From an uncultured Acidobacteriota bacterium (GTDB taxonomy: Bacteria; Acidobacteriota; Thermoanaerobaculia; UBA5066; DATFVB01): a DNA stretch of 64,000 bases. The notes under the pieces are model-generated. The model worked only from the letters and a program-made list of their open reading frames with translations. It did no database searches and was not told the DNA's origin. Positions within the stretch are counted from its first letter, which is position 1. Each line of letters starts with the position of its first letter. The stretch is taken from positions 271,246-335,245 of the forward strand of contig CAVZCI010000014.1 in assembly GCA_963773815.1 (NCBI GenBank), written 5' to 3'. Shown in pieces: positions 45,673 to 54,643 of the stretch. The translations under genes were made by a program, and so were the position numbers.

Positions 45673-47008
45673 CCGAATCGCGATCACCCTGGCTGGCGCC
45701 GCGTCGCTCCTGCTCGTCGGATATCTCGCCGGCCGCTCGCGCCATTCTTCTCCTCCCGCTCCTCGCGACTCGCAACTCGCGACCCGCAACTCTGGATCCA
45801 CGCCTCACGACCGAAAGGTTCTCTACTGGTACGACCCGATGAAACCGGAGCTGCACTTCGACCATCCGGGGAAGTCGCCGTTCATGGACATGCAGCTCGA
45901 ACCGAAATACGCCGAGGAGCCGGAGGCCGGAACCTCTGACGTCTCACCCGCCTCCGCCGAGGCTTCGGCGGGCAAGCGCATCACGCCTCCCGGTCTCTCC
46001 GTTGTCCGGATTCCGCTCGAGCGCCGGCAGGAGGTCGGCGTGACGACCGTGAAAGTCGAGAAGAAGATCGTCGGAGGCGCGATCGAGACGAACGGATCGG
46101 TCGCGGAAGACGAGGGGCGCGTCCACTCGGTCAACGCGAAGTTCGCCGGCTACATCGAGAGGCTCTTCGTGGACCGAACCGGCCAATCTGTCCGGCGCGG
46201 ACAGGCTCTCCTCTCGATCTACAGCCCCGATCTCGTCGCGACCGAACGGGAGCTGTTGCTGGCCGTCGAGAACGCGCGGCGGCTGAAGGATTCCTCGAGC
46301 CCGCAGGCGGCGGCCGACTCGCGTTCGCTGCTCGCCGCGACGCGGCAACGGCTGCGGTTCTGGGACGTCCCGGATTCCGAGATCGGCCGGGTCGAGAGGA
46401 GCGGCGAGGTCTCGAAGACGCTGACGCTGGATTCTCCGGTCTCCGGCGTCGTCCTGAAGAAAGACGCCCTGCCGGGAATGGCGATCGCTCCCGGCATGCC
46501 GCTCTTCACGATCGCGGATCTTTCGACGGTCTGGGTCCTGGCCGACTCGTATCCATCGGATACGGCGATGATCGTTCCGGGGAACGCCGCGGCCGTTTCC
46601 GCGCCTTTCCTGCCGGGCGAGACGTTTCGGGGACGAGTGGACTTCGTGTACCCCACGCTGACCGAAGAAAGCCGCACAATCAAGATTCGGATCGTTCTCC
46701 CGAATCCGAAGGGCGTGCTCAAGCCCGGCATGTTCGTCCACGTTTCTCTTTCGGGCAAGGGCAGGGTGGCGGTGGCGATTCCGCGAACGGCCCTGATTCA
46801 GACGGGAGAGCGGCAGATCGCCTTCGTCGAAGAGTCTCCCGGCGTCTATGCGCCGCGGGAGATCAAGACCGGCGTGTCGGGAAAGGACTCGATCGAGGTG
46901 CTCTCCGGTCTCTCGGAAGGAGAGATGGTCGTCACGTCCGCGAACTTCCTGATTGATTCCGAATCGCGCATCGGAGCCCTGGAGAAGCGGCCGGAGAATC
47001 CCCAATGA
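45659..47008 (+). CDS. cusB: efflux RND periplasmic adaptor (CusB-like)
   Basis: ATG 45659. N-terminal TM. YWYDPMKPELHFDHPGKSPFMDMQLEP motif, followed by barrel-sandwich hybrid and beta-barrel regions. Confidence 0.8.
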   Translation: MKRNSRIAITLAGAASLLLVGYLAGRSRHSSPPAPRDSQLATRNSGSTPHDRKVLYWYDPMKPELHFDHPGKSPFMDMQLEPKYAEEPEAGTSDVSPASAEASAGKRITPPGLSVVRIPLERRQEVGVTTVKVEKKIVGGAIETNGSVAEDEGRVHSVNAKFAGYIERLFVDRTGQSVRRGQALLSIYSPDLVATERELLLAVENARRLKDSSSPQAAADSRSLLAATRQRLRFWDVPDSEIGRVERSGEVSKTLTLDSPVSGVVLKKDALPGMAIAPGMPLFTIADLSTVWVLADSYPSDTAMIVPGNAAAVSAPFLPGETFRGRVDFVYPTLTEESRTIKIRIVLPNPKGVLKPGMFVHVSLSGKGRVAVAIPRTALIQTGERQIAFVEESPGVYAPREIKTGVSGKDSIEVLSGLSEGEMVVTSANFLIDSESRIGALEKRPENPQ

Positions 47009-50000
47009 TCGAGAAACTGATCGCCACCTGCGTCCGGAACAAGTTTTTGACGTTGATCTTCGCGGCAGGGCTCTTCGGCGCGGGTTTCTGGGCGCTGAAA
47101 CGCATTCCGCTCGACGCCCTGCCCGATCTCTCGGATGTCCAGGTGATCGTCTATACGAACTGGGAGGGGCAGAACCCGAACCTGATTGAAGATCAGGTGA
47201 CCTACCCGATCGTTTCGGCGCTGATCTCCGCGCCGAAGGTCAAGACGGTTCGCGGCTATTCGTTTTTCGGGTATTCCTACGTGTACGTCATCTTTCAGGA
47301 CGGAACCGACCTCTACTGGGCGCGGAGCCGCGTGCTCGAATACCTGAACGGCCTCCGGGGCGGGCTTCCGGAAGGAGTCAACCCGAACCTCGGCCCCGAC
47401 GCGACGGGCGTCGGATGGGGTTTCGAATACGTGCTCGTCGACAGGAGCGGAAAACAGTCGCTGGCCGATCTTCGGACGTTTCAGGACTGGGATCTCTCCT
47501 ACTGGCTGCGGGCGGTGCCGGGAGTGGCGGAAGTCTCCTCCGCGGGCGGCTTCCAGAAGCAGTACCAGATCGACGTCGATCCCGCGAAGCTCGCGTCCTT
47601 CGGAATCGGGCTTCCCGAAGTGTTGACCGCCGTTCAGGAGAGCAACGGCGACGTCGGCGGGAGGGTCGTCGAATGGACCGGGCGCGAGTACATGGTGCGC
47701 GGACGCGGCTACATCACGAGCCTGGAGGACCTGAAGAAGGTGCCATTGAAGGCGCGCGCGGCGACGGGGACGCCGATCTATCTCTCCGACGTCGCGAACA
47801 TCCATTTCGGCCCGGAGATGCGCCGCGGGATTACGGACTGGAACGGCGAAGGGGAAGCGGTCGCCGGTGTCGTCATCGTGCGGTCGGGGGAGAACGTGAT
47901 GACGGTCGTGGAGGCCGTCAAGAAGAAGATCGCGCAGCTGGCGCCTTCTTTTCCGCCCGGCGTCGAGCTGAAAGTCGCGTACGACCGCACGGAGCTGATC
48001 CGCCGGGCGATCGCGACTCTCAAACACACGCTGATCGAGGAAATGATCGTCGTCGCCTTTGTCGTCCTGATCTTCCTCTTCCACTTCCGTTCGGCGCTCG
48101 TGCCGATCATCGTCCTTCCTGTCGCGATCGTCATCTCGTTCCTGCCGATGTACCTGCTGCACGTCTCCTCCAACATCATGTCGCTCGGAGGGCTCGCTCT
48201 CGCGATCGGGGTCCTCGTCGACGCCTCGATCGTCATGGTCGAGAATGCGCATCGCCATCTGGCGCAGGCGGACCCTTCCCGCGGGGCGGAGGGCCGCGAG
48301 TCCGCGATCGTGGCGTCGGCACAGCAGGTCGGCCGGGCGATTTTCTTCTCGCTCGTGATCATCGTCGTCTCGTTCCTGCCGGTCTTTCTCCTGACCGGGG
48401 AGGAGGGGAGGCTTTTCCATCCGCTCGCGTTCACGAAGACGTTCGCGATCTCGGCGGCCTCGATTCTCTCCGTGACGCTCGTTCCGATTCTCATGATCGC
48501 CTGGATGCGGGGAAAGATCCGGCCGGAAGACGAAAACCCGGCCGCGCTGTGGACCCGCCGGCTCTACGCTCCGATCCTGAACCGGGCGCTGCGTTTTCCG
48601 AAGACCACGTTGTTCCTGAATTTCCTCCTCATCCCCGCCGTCATTCCGCTCGCGCTTTCGCTCGGCTCCGAGTTCATGCCGCAGCTTCGAGAGGGCTCGC
48701 TCATGTACATGCCGACGGGTCTGCCCATGATGTCGATCGAGCAGGCGCGCGACATCCTGGTCAAGACCGACGGGATCCTCATGACGTTTCCGGAGGTGGA
48801 GTCGGTGTTGGGCAAGTCCGGCAAATTCGAGAGCTCGACCGATCCCGCGCCTGTCGAGATGTTCGAGACGACGATCGTGCTCAAACCGCGCCAGATGTGG
48901 CCGAAGACATTTCATCGGCGCTGGTATTCGGGATGGCCCGGGTGGATCCGGCCGGTCTTTCGGCCGATCTGGCCGGAGTCGCGCGTGTCGACGCAGGACG
49001 AATTGATCGCGGAGATGAACGAGAAGCTCCAGATTCCGGGTATGCCGGTCGCCTGGACTCAGCCGATCCGGAACCGGCTCGACATGCTCGCGACGGGCGT
49101 GCGGACGAAGGTCGGCGTCAAGGTCTTCGGTTCCGATTACTCGTCGATCGAGAAGGTTGGGATCGAAATCGAAAACGCGCTGAAAGACCTTCCCGGGGCG
49201 AGGAGCGTTTATGCCGAGCGGACGAGCGGCGGCTCGTATCTCGACTTCGTCGTCGATCGCGAAGCGGCGGCCCGCTACGGCCTGTCGGTCATGCAGGTCC
49301 AGAACACGCTCGAGGCCGCGACCGGGGGGAAGATGGCGACGACGACGGTCGAGGGAAGGCGCCGGTTCACGGTGCTCGTTCGCTACCTTCGCGACTTTCG
49401 AAGCGACCCGGAGACATTGCGCCGCATCCTCGTGCTGACGCCATCCGGCGCGCAGGTACCCCTCGGGGAGCTCGCCCGAATTCAGGTCACGAGCGGGCCG
49501 CCGATGTACAAGGACGAGAACGGCAGGCTCTCCGGCGTCGTCTACGTCGACACCGCGAGCTCCGATCTGGTCGGCTTCGTTCACGCGGCTCAGAAGCGGG
49601 TCGGCGAGCGCGTGAAATTGCCGCCCGGGGTCACGCTCGACTGGGCGGGCCAGTTCGAATTCCAGGTTCACGCGAAGAAGACTCTTCAGATCGTTCTCCC
49701 GATCGTGTTCGCGGTGATCTTCGTCCTGCTGACCATGACGTTCCGCTCCGCGTCGGAGGGGTCGATCGTGATGCTTTCGGTCCTCTACGCGATGACCGGC
49801 GGCGTCATTCTCCAGTGGCTTCTCGGCTACAACTTCTCGGTCGCCGTGTGGATCGGCTATATCGCCCTGTACGGAATCGCCGTCGAGACCGGCGTGATCA
49901 TGGTCATCTATCTGCACGAGGCCCTGGACAAGCGGCTCGGAAAAGGAGACCTGACCCGCGAGGACATTCTGGAGGCTACCCGCGAGGGCTCGGTCCTTCG

Positions 50001-50235
50001 TCTTCGCCCGAAGCTCATGACCGTTTGCGCGGCGACCCTTTCGCTCGTGCCGATCTTCTGGTCGACGGGAACCGGCTCGGAAGTGATGCGCCCGATCGCG
50101 GCGCCGATCGTCGGCGGAATGATCACCTCGACGATCCACGTGCTCCTCGTCACGCCGGTGATTTTCTTCCTGATGAAAGAGAGGGCGCGCCGGAAGGGGA
50201 CGCTTCGCGCCTCGGGGATGAGCCGTAACGTATGA
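47005..50235 (+). CDS. cusA: CusA-type heavy-metal (Cu/Ag) RND efflux pump
   Basis: 1076 aa with 12 TM. TM4 LAIGVLVDASIVMVENAH is CusA-like rather than the CzcA DFG type. Met-triad contexts are conserved (GSLMYMPT, APVEMFETT). Confidence 0.9.
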   Translation: MIEKLIATCVRNKFLTLIFAAGLFGAGFWALKRIPLDALPDLSDVQVIVYTNWEGQNPNLIEDQVTYPIVSALISAPKVKTVRGYSFFGYSYVYVIFQDGTDLYWARSRVLEYLNGLRGGLPEGVNPNLGPDATGVGWGFEYVLVDRSGKQSLADLRTFQDWDLSYWLRAVPGVAEVSSAGGFQKQYQIDVDPAKLASFGIGLPEVLTAVQESNGDVGGRVVEWTGREYMVRGRGYITSLEDLKKVPLKARAATGTPIYLSDVANIHFGPEMRRGITDWNGEGEAVAGVVIVRSGENVMTVVEAVKKKIAQLAPSFPPGVELKVAYDRTELIRRAIATLKHTLIEEMIVVAFVVLIFLFHFRSALVPIIVLPVAIVISFLPMYLLHVSSNIMSLGGLALAIGVLVDASIVMVENAHRHLAQADPSRGAEGRESAIVASAQQVGRAIFFSLVIIVVSFLPVFLLTGEEGRLFHPLAFTKTFAISAASILSVTLVPILMIAWMRGKIRPEDENPAALWTRRLYAPILNRALRFPKTTLFLNFLLIPAVIPLALSLGSEFMPQLREGSLMYMPTGLPMMSIEQARDILVKTDGILMTFPEVESVLGKSGKFESSTDPAPVEMFETTIVLKPRQMWPKTFHRRWYSGWPGWIRPVFRPIWPESRVSTQDELIAEMNEKLQIPGMPVAWTQPIRNRLDMLATGVRTKVGVKVFGSDYSSIEKVGIEIENALKDLPGARSVYAERTSGGSYLDFVVDREAAARYGLSVMQVQNTLEAATGGKMATTTVEGRRRFTVLVRYLRDFRSDPETLRRILVLTPSGAQVPLGELARIQVTSGPPMYKDENGRLSGVVYVDTASSDLVGFVHAAQKRVGERVKLPPGVTLDWAGQFEFQVHAKKTLQIVLPIVFAVIFVLLTMTFRSASEGSIVMLSVLYAMTGGVILQWLLGYNFSVAVWIGYIALYGIAVETGVIMVIYLHEALDKRLGKGDLTREDILEATREGSVLRLRPKLMTVCAATLSLVPIFWSTGTGSEVMRPIAAPIVGGMITSTIHVLLVTPVIFFLMKERARRKGTLRASGMSRNV

Positions 50236-50242
50236 TCCCGCC

Positions 50243-50986
50243 ATGATTCGACTCGAGAAAAAAGGCGAAGTCGCCGTCCTGCGGATGGACGACGGCAAGG
50301 CGAACGCAATGAACCCCCGATTCTTCTCAGATCTCGAAAAGGGCATGGCGGACGCGAGGGATGCCGGGGCCCTCGTTCTGATCGGGGCGAGGAGTTTTTT
50401 CTCGGGGGGTCTCGATCTTCCCTTTCTCGCGCCGCTCGATCGGGCCGGGATCGAGGAGGTCTACGAGGCGCTCCACGGGTCGATGATGCGGCTCTTCTCG
50501 TTTCCGGCCCCGGTCGTCGCGGCGATCAACGGCCATGCGATCGCCGGAGGCTGCGTTCTCGCCTTCCAGTCGGACACCCGCGTGATGGCGCAGGGGAGCT
50601 TCAAGATCGGCTTGAACGAGACGCAGCTCGGCCTCGCACTGCCGGCGTTCGTGGTCGAGACTTTCCGCGGGCGGCTCGCGCCCGGAATGTTCGAGCGGAC
50701 GATCCTCGAGGGGCCGCTCTATTCGCCCGACCAGGCTCTCGCGGCGGGGCTCGTCGACGAGGTCGTCCCCGCTCCCGAGCTCGAAGGGCGCGCGATCGAA
50801 AGAGCCCGGCAGCTCGCGTCCATCCCGCGGGAGGCGTTCGCCGAATCGAAGCGTTTGATTCGGGCGGCGGCCGTCGAACGGTCGGAGCGCGCGAAGAGCG
50901 AAGACTCCCGGCAGTGGATCGACCTCTGGTTTTCGCCGGCGGCGAAGCGACGGGTCGGAGAGCTCGTCGCGAAGCTCAAGGGGTAG
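50243..50986 (+). CDS. enoyl-CoA hydratase/isomerase (crotonase) family protein
   Basis: FFSGGLDL and VAAINGHAIAGGCVLA oxyanion-hole motifs. Confidence 0.8.
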   Translation: MIRLEKKGEVAVLRMDDGKANAMNPRFFSDLEKGMADARDAGALVLIGARSFFSGGLDLPFLAPLDRAGIEEVYEALHGSMMRLFSFPAPVVAAINGHAIAGGCVLAFQSDTRVMAQGSFKIGLNETQLGLALPAFVVETFRGRLAPGMFERTILEGPLYSPDQALAAGLVDEVVPAPELEGRAIERARQLASIPREAFAESKRLIRAAAVERSERAKSEDSRQWIDLWFSPAAKRRVGELVAKLKG

Positions 50987-51160
50987 ATGAGGGCTTCCCG
51001 GCGGCGCGACATTCCGTCGGGAAGACGAACGGCGACGGGGATGGAATCCTGTCCTGGGCCGTCGCTCGGCTAACTTTTCTCGCGAGATTTCGAGTGCGAC
51101 TTGGGTTCCGGGAGGCAGCTCGAAAAGTTACGCTTCCCTCCCGGAACGCCGCGCCGCCCG

Positions 51161-54100
51161 TCAGAGCTTCACCTCCTCCACGGTGATCTTCTCTCCGGCG
51201 AAAACTGTCGGAGTTCCGTTCGCCTGCGCGATCTTGTTGTAAGCCGGGACGTCGGTCTCGCGGATTCGCTCCCACCGGCCGAGGACCTCGTCGAGCTCCT
51301 TGCGCCGTTCAACGATCGCCCGTCGAACGACCTCGCTCGGCGGCTCGGCGTAGGCGGAGACGAGCTCGCGTTCGAGTCCCGACAGGTCGTCGTGAAAACG
51401 CGACAGATAGTGGACGAAATCGAGCCCGACATCGGACTGCCGCTCGGAGTTGTAAACGCTGTCCTTGAAGGTCTTGAGCGTCTTTCCGAGAGCCTCCGCC
51501 GCGTCGAGGACGGGCGCGTATTTCGCCGGCTTCGACTCGCCCTCGTCGCCCCGCAGCATCCCCTCGATCGACTTCAATTGCTTCTGGAGGCCGTCGGTGC
51601 GGTTCAAGGCGTCGTTCAGGGCCGAAAGCTCGTTTCTCGCCTCGAGTCCCGCGCGGACTTCTTCGCGGAACTCGGCGGGGTCGATCTTGAGCCTCGGGTC
51701 GGCGAGCACTTCGGCGGTCGTGCTCCGGGAATCGCCCTTGACCGTCACGGTGATCTTGTAGGAACCGGGAAGAACGTGGGGCCCGACGCCGCGCTCGAAG
51801 AATTCGCTCGGAGGCGGCTGTTTTTCGAAGGTCAGGTCCTTCGGCCCGTCGTATCGCATGTTCCAGACGAAGCGATTCAGCCCCTGTTTCGACTGCCCGT
51901 ATTTCGTCGCGACGGGCCGGCCCTCGGCGTCGGTCACGACGATCTTGACGGCCGTCTTCTTGTTGCGCGGATTTTCGTCCTTCGACTCCTCGCTCTTGAT
52001 CTCCGACTTGAGGAAGTAGTCCACCTCGACTCCGTCGGGAGGATTCGGCGAAGCCGTCGGGTCCTTGCCGAACCCGCCGCGGCCCCAGTGGTGAAAAAGC
52101 GTTCCGGGTCGCGCCGAGAAGAGATGGAAGGCGCTCGACTCCGCGGCGGAAGAAAGCTCCTCGAGGGGAGTGATGTTGTCGAGCACGAAGATGCCGCGCC
52201 CGTGGGTCGCGAGGACGAGATCGCGACGAACGAACTTCAGGTCGAACACGGCGACCGTCGGAAGGTCGGCCTGCAGGCGCCGCCAGTGCGCGCCCGCGTC
52301 GCGGGAGAACCACGCGCCCCGGTCGGTGCCCGCCGCGAGGAAGCCCCGGAGATTGGGATCTTCGCGGACGACGTACACGGACGCGTCGGAAGGGAGGCCC
52401 GCCGAGATGGACGTCCAGGTCTTTCCGTAGTCGTTCGTCTTGAACGCGTAGGGGCGGTTGTCGTCGAGCATGTGCGCGTCGAATGCGGCATAGGCCGTCC
52501 CGGCGTCGAACGGAGACACTCCGATCTGGTAGACGCGAGCCCACTCGGGAGCCTTCGGAACGTTCTTCGTCGCGTTCGTCCAGGTCGCGCCGCCGTCGCG
52601 CGTGACCTGGACGAGTCCGTCGTCGGTTCCGACCCAGATCACGCGCGGGTCGGACTCGGCGATCGTGATCGAGAGGATCGTGCCGTAGGACTCCGCTCCG
52701 GATAGGTCGTGCTCGATCGGGCCGCCGCTGACTTCCTGCTTGCTCTTGTCGTTGCGGGTGAGGTCCGGGCTGATGACATCCCAGTGGCCGCCTCCGTCCC
52801 GGGAGCGGAACAGGACGTTGCCCCCGAGGTAGACCTCGTTCGCGTCTTTTTCGCGATACGGCGATCGGAGACGTCCAGTTGAAGCGGTATCTTCAGCTCC
52901 GACGGCTTCATTTCTCCGACGCTCTCCAGGTACGGGCGGATCGAACGCGCTCAGGTGCGTCTTCAGGTCGAGGCGACTGATGAAGCCGTTCTGGGAATCG
53001 GAATAGATGATCGAGGGATCGCTCGGCGCGGGCACGGCATATTCGCCGTCGCCGCCCGCCGTGACGAACCAGTCCGCGCCGGCGATGCCGCCGCGGCTCA
53101 GGCTGTCGGAGGGGCCGCACCAGGCGTTGTTGTCCTGGAGTCCGCCGCACAGGTTGTACGGGACGCTGGAGTCCGCGGCGACCATGTAGAACTGCTCGAT
53201 CGGCAGGTTGTTGAGGTAGCGCCAGGTCTTTCCCTTGTCGGCGGAGATGTAGACGCCGCCGTCGTTGCCCTGGATCATGCGCGAGGGGTTCGCGGGGTCG
53301 ATCCACAGCGCGTGATGATCGACGTGGACGCCCTTGTCGATCGCGCGCGCGGTCTTTCCGCCGTCATCCGACTCGACGAGCTCGAAGGAGAGAAAGTAGA
53401 GCCTTCGTTCGTCTTCGGGAGAGACGAAGAGCCGCGAGAAATAAAACGGCCGGGCGTTCAGGACCTTGCTGTCGCTGACTTCCTTCCATTCGTCGCCGTG
53501 GTCGAGCGACTCCCAGAGCATTCCCTTTTTCGCCTCGAACAGGGCGTACACGTGCCGCGGGTTCGTCGGCGCCTGCGCGACCGCGATCCGGCCGATGGGC
53601 CCCTCCGGAAGGCCTTTCGTCAGCTTCTTCCACGTCGATCCGCCGTCGGTCGAGCGGTAGAGGCCGCTGCCTTCCCCGCCGCTGACGAGCTCCCACGGAT
53701 GACGGTGCGCATGCCACATCGCGGCGAACAGGACGCGCGGGTTCCCCGGCTCCATCACGAGATCGCAGACGCCCGTCGTGTCGTTGACGAAAAGGACTTT
53801 CGACCAGGTCAGGCCGCCGTCGGTCGTCCGAAAAACGCCGCGCTCGGAGTTGGGCGCCCATTCGTGCCCGAAGACTCCCGCGAAGACGGTTCGGGGATCT
53901 CCGGGATCGATGACGATCGAGGAGATCTGACCCGCGTTCTCGAGACCCATTCGCTTCCACGACTGGCCGGCGTCGGAGGAGAGGTAGATGCCGCGGCCCG
54001 GAAGGGCGTCGTTGCGGATATTCGCTTCCCCCGTTCCGACCCAGACGATGTTCGGGTTGGAGGGGCGACGGCGACGGCGCCGATCGAAGCGGTCAGCTCT

Positions 54101-54435
54101 TTTTCGAAGATCGCCTTCCAGGAATTGCCGCCGTCGACGGTCTTGAAGACGCCGCCGCCGCCCGCGCCGACGTAGTAGACGTTCGGGTCGCCCGGGACTC
54201 CGGCGACCGAGCTGACGCGTCCGCCGCCGACCGTGGGACCGAGGTTTCGGACCTTGAAATTCTGGAGAAAATCGCCGGACTCGCTCTGCGTCTCGGGTTC
54301 GGCGGGTTTCTCGGGTTTCTCGGATTTCGAGGCGGCGAGCGCCGGCGCGACGGAGACGAGGGCGAGACCCAGGGCGGCAAGAAGATTCCGAACCGATTCA
54401 TTCCGACCTCCACTTCCGATGGACGAGGCTATCAA
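51161..54435 (-). pseudogene. large BNR/sortilin(VPS10)-like glycosidase-family protein, frame-broken
   Basis: Many Asp-boxes (TTDGGLTW, STDGGSTW, SADKGKTW, SRDGGGHW, TRDGGATW, SRDAGAHW). The signal peptide and first 110 aa (54435-54066) are in another frame; the switch is in a G4 run at 54062-54065. A local triple shift at 52845-52945 hides the conserved LKYRFNWTSPIAVS block. Confidence 0.75.
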
Positions 54436-54643
54436 AGAGACGGTCGCGGGGGTCCCTATTTTCAGCTACATGTCCCCTTTTCGGTCTCGGCGCGATGAGA
54501 AGGGTGAACACGCTTTCGTGGGGAGGGGGCACGTGTGTCGCAGAGCAATATAAAACGTTTATTTTAAACGATTTACGTTGTGTTCCACCCAGTGAACTGC
54601 TACCGTCCTTGCCGAACGAAGAACCCTGATGTGGAGGTAAAGT

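Noticed and set aside
46846-50346. 1166-aa antisense ORF and 937-aa alternative-frame ORF (47415-50228) over cusA
   Set aside because: Arg/Asp/Pro/Gly-rich low-complexity translations with no motifs, lying opposite or out of frame to a perfectly conserved CusA. This is a high-GC artefact.
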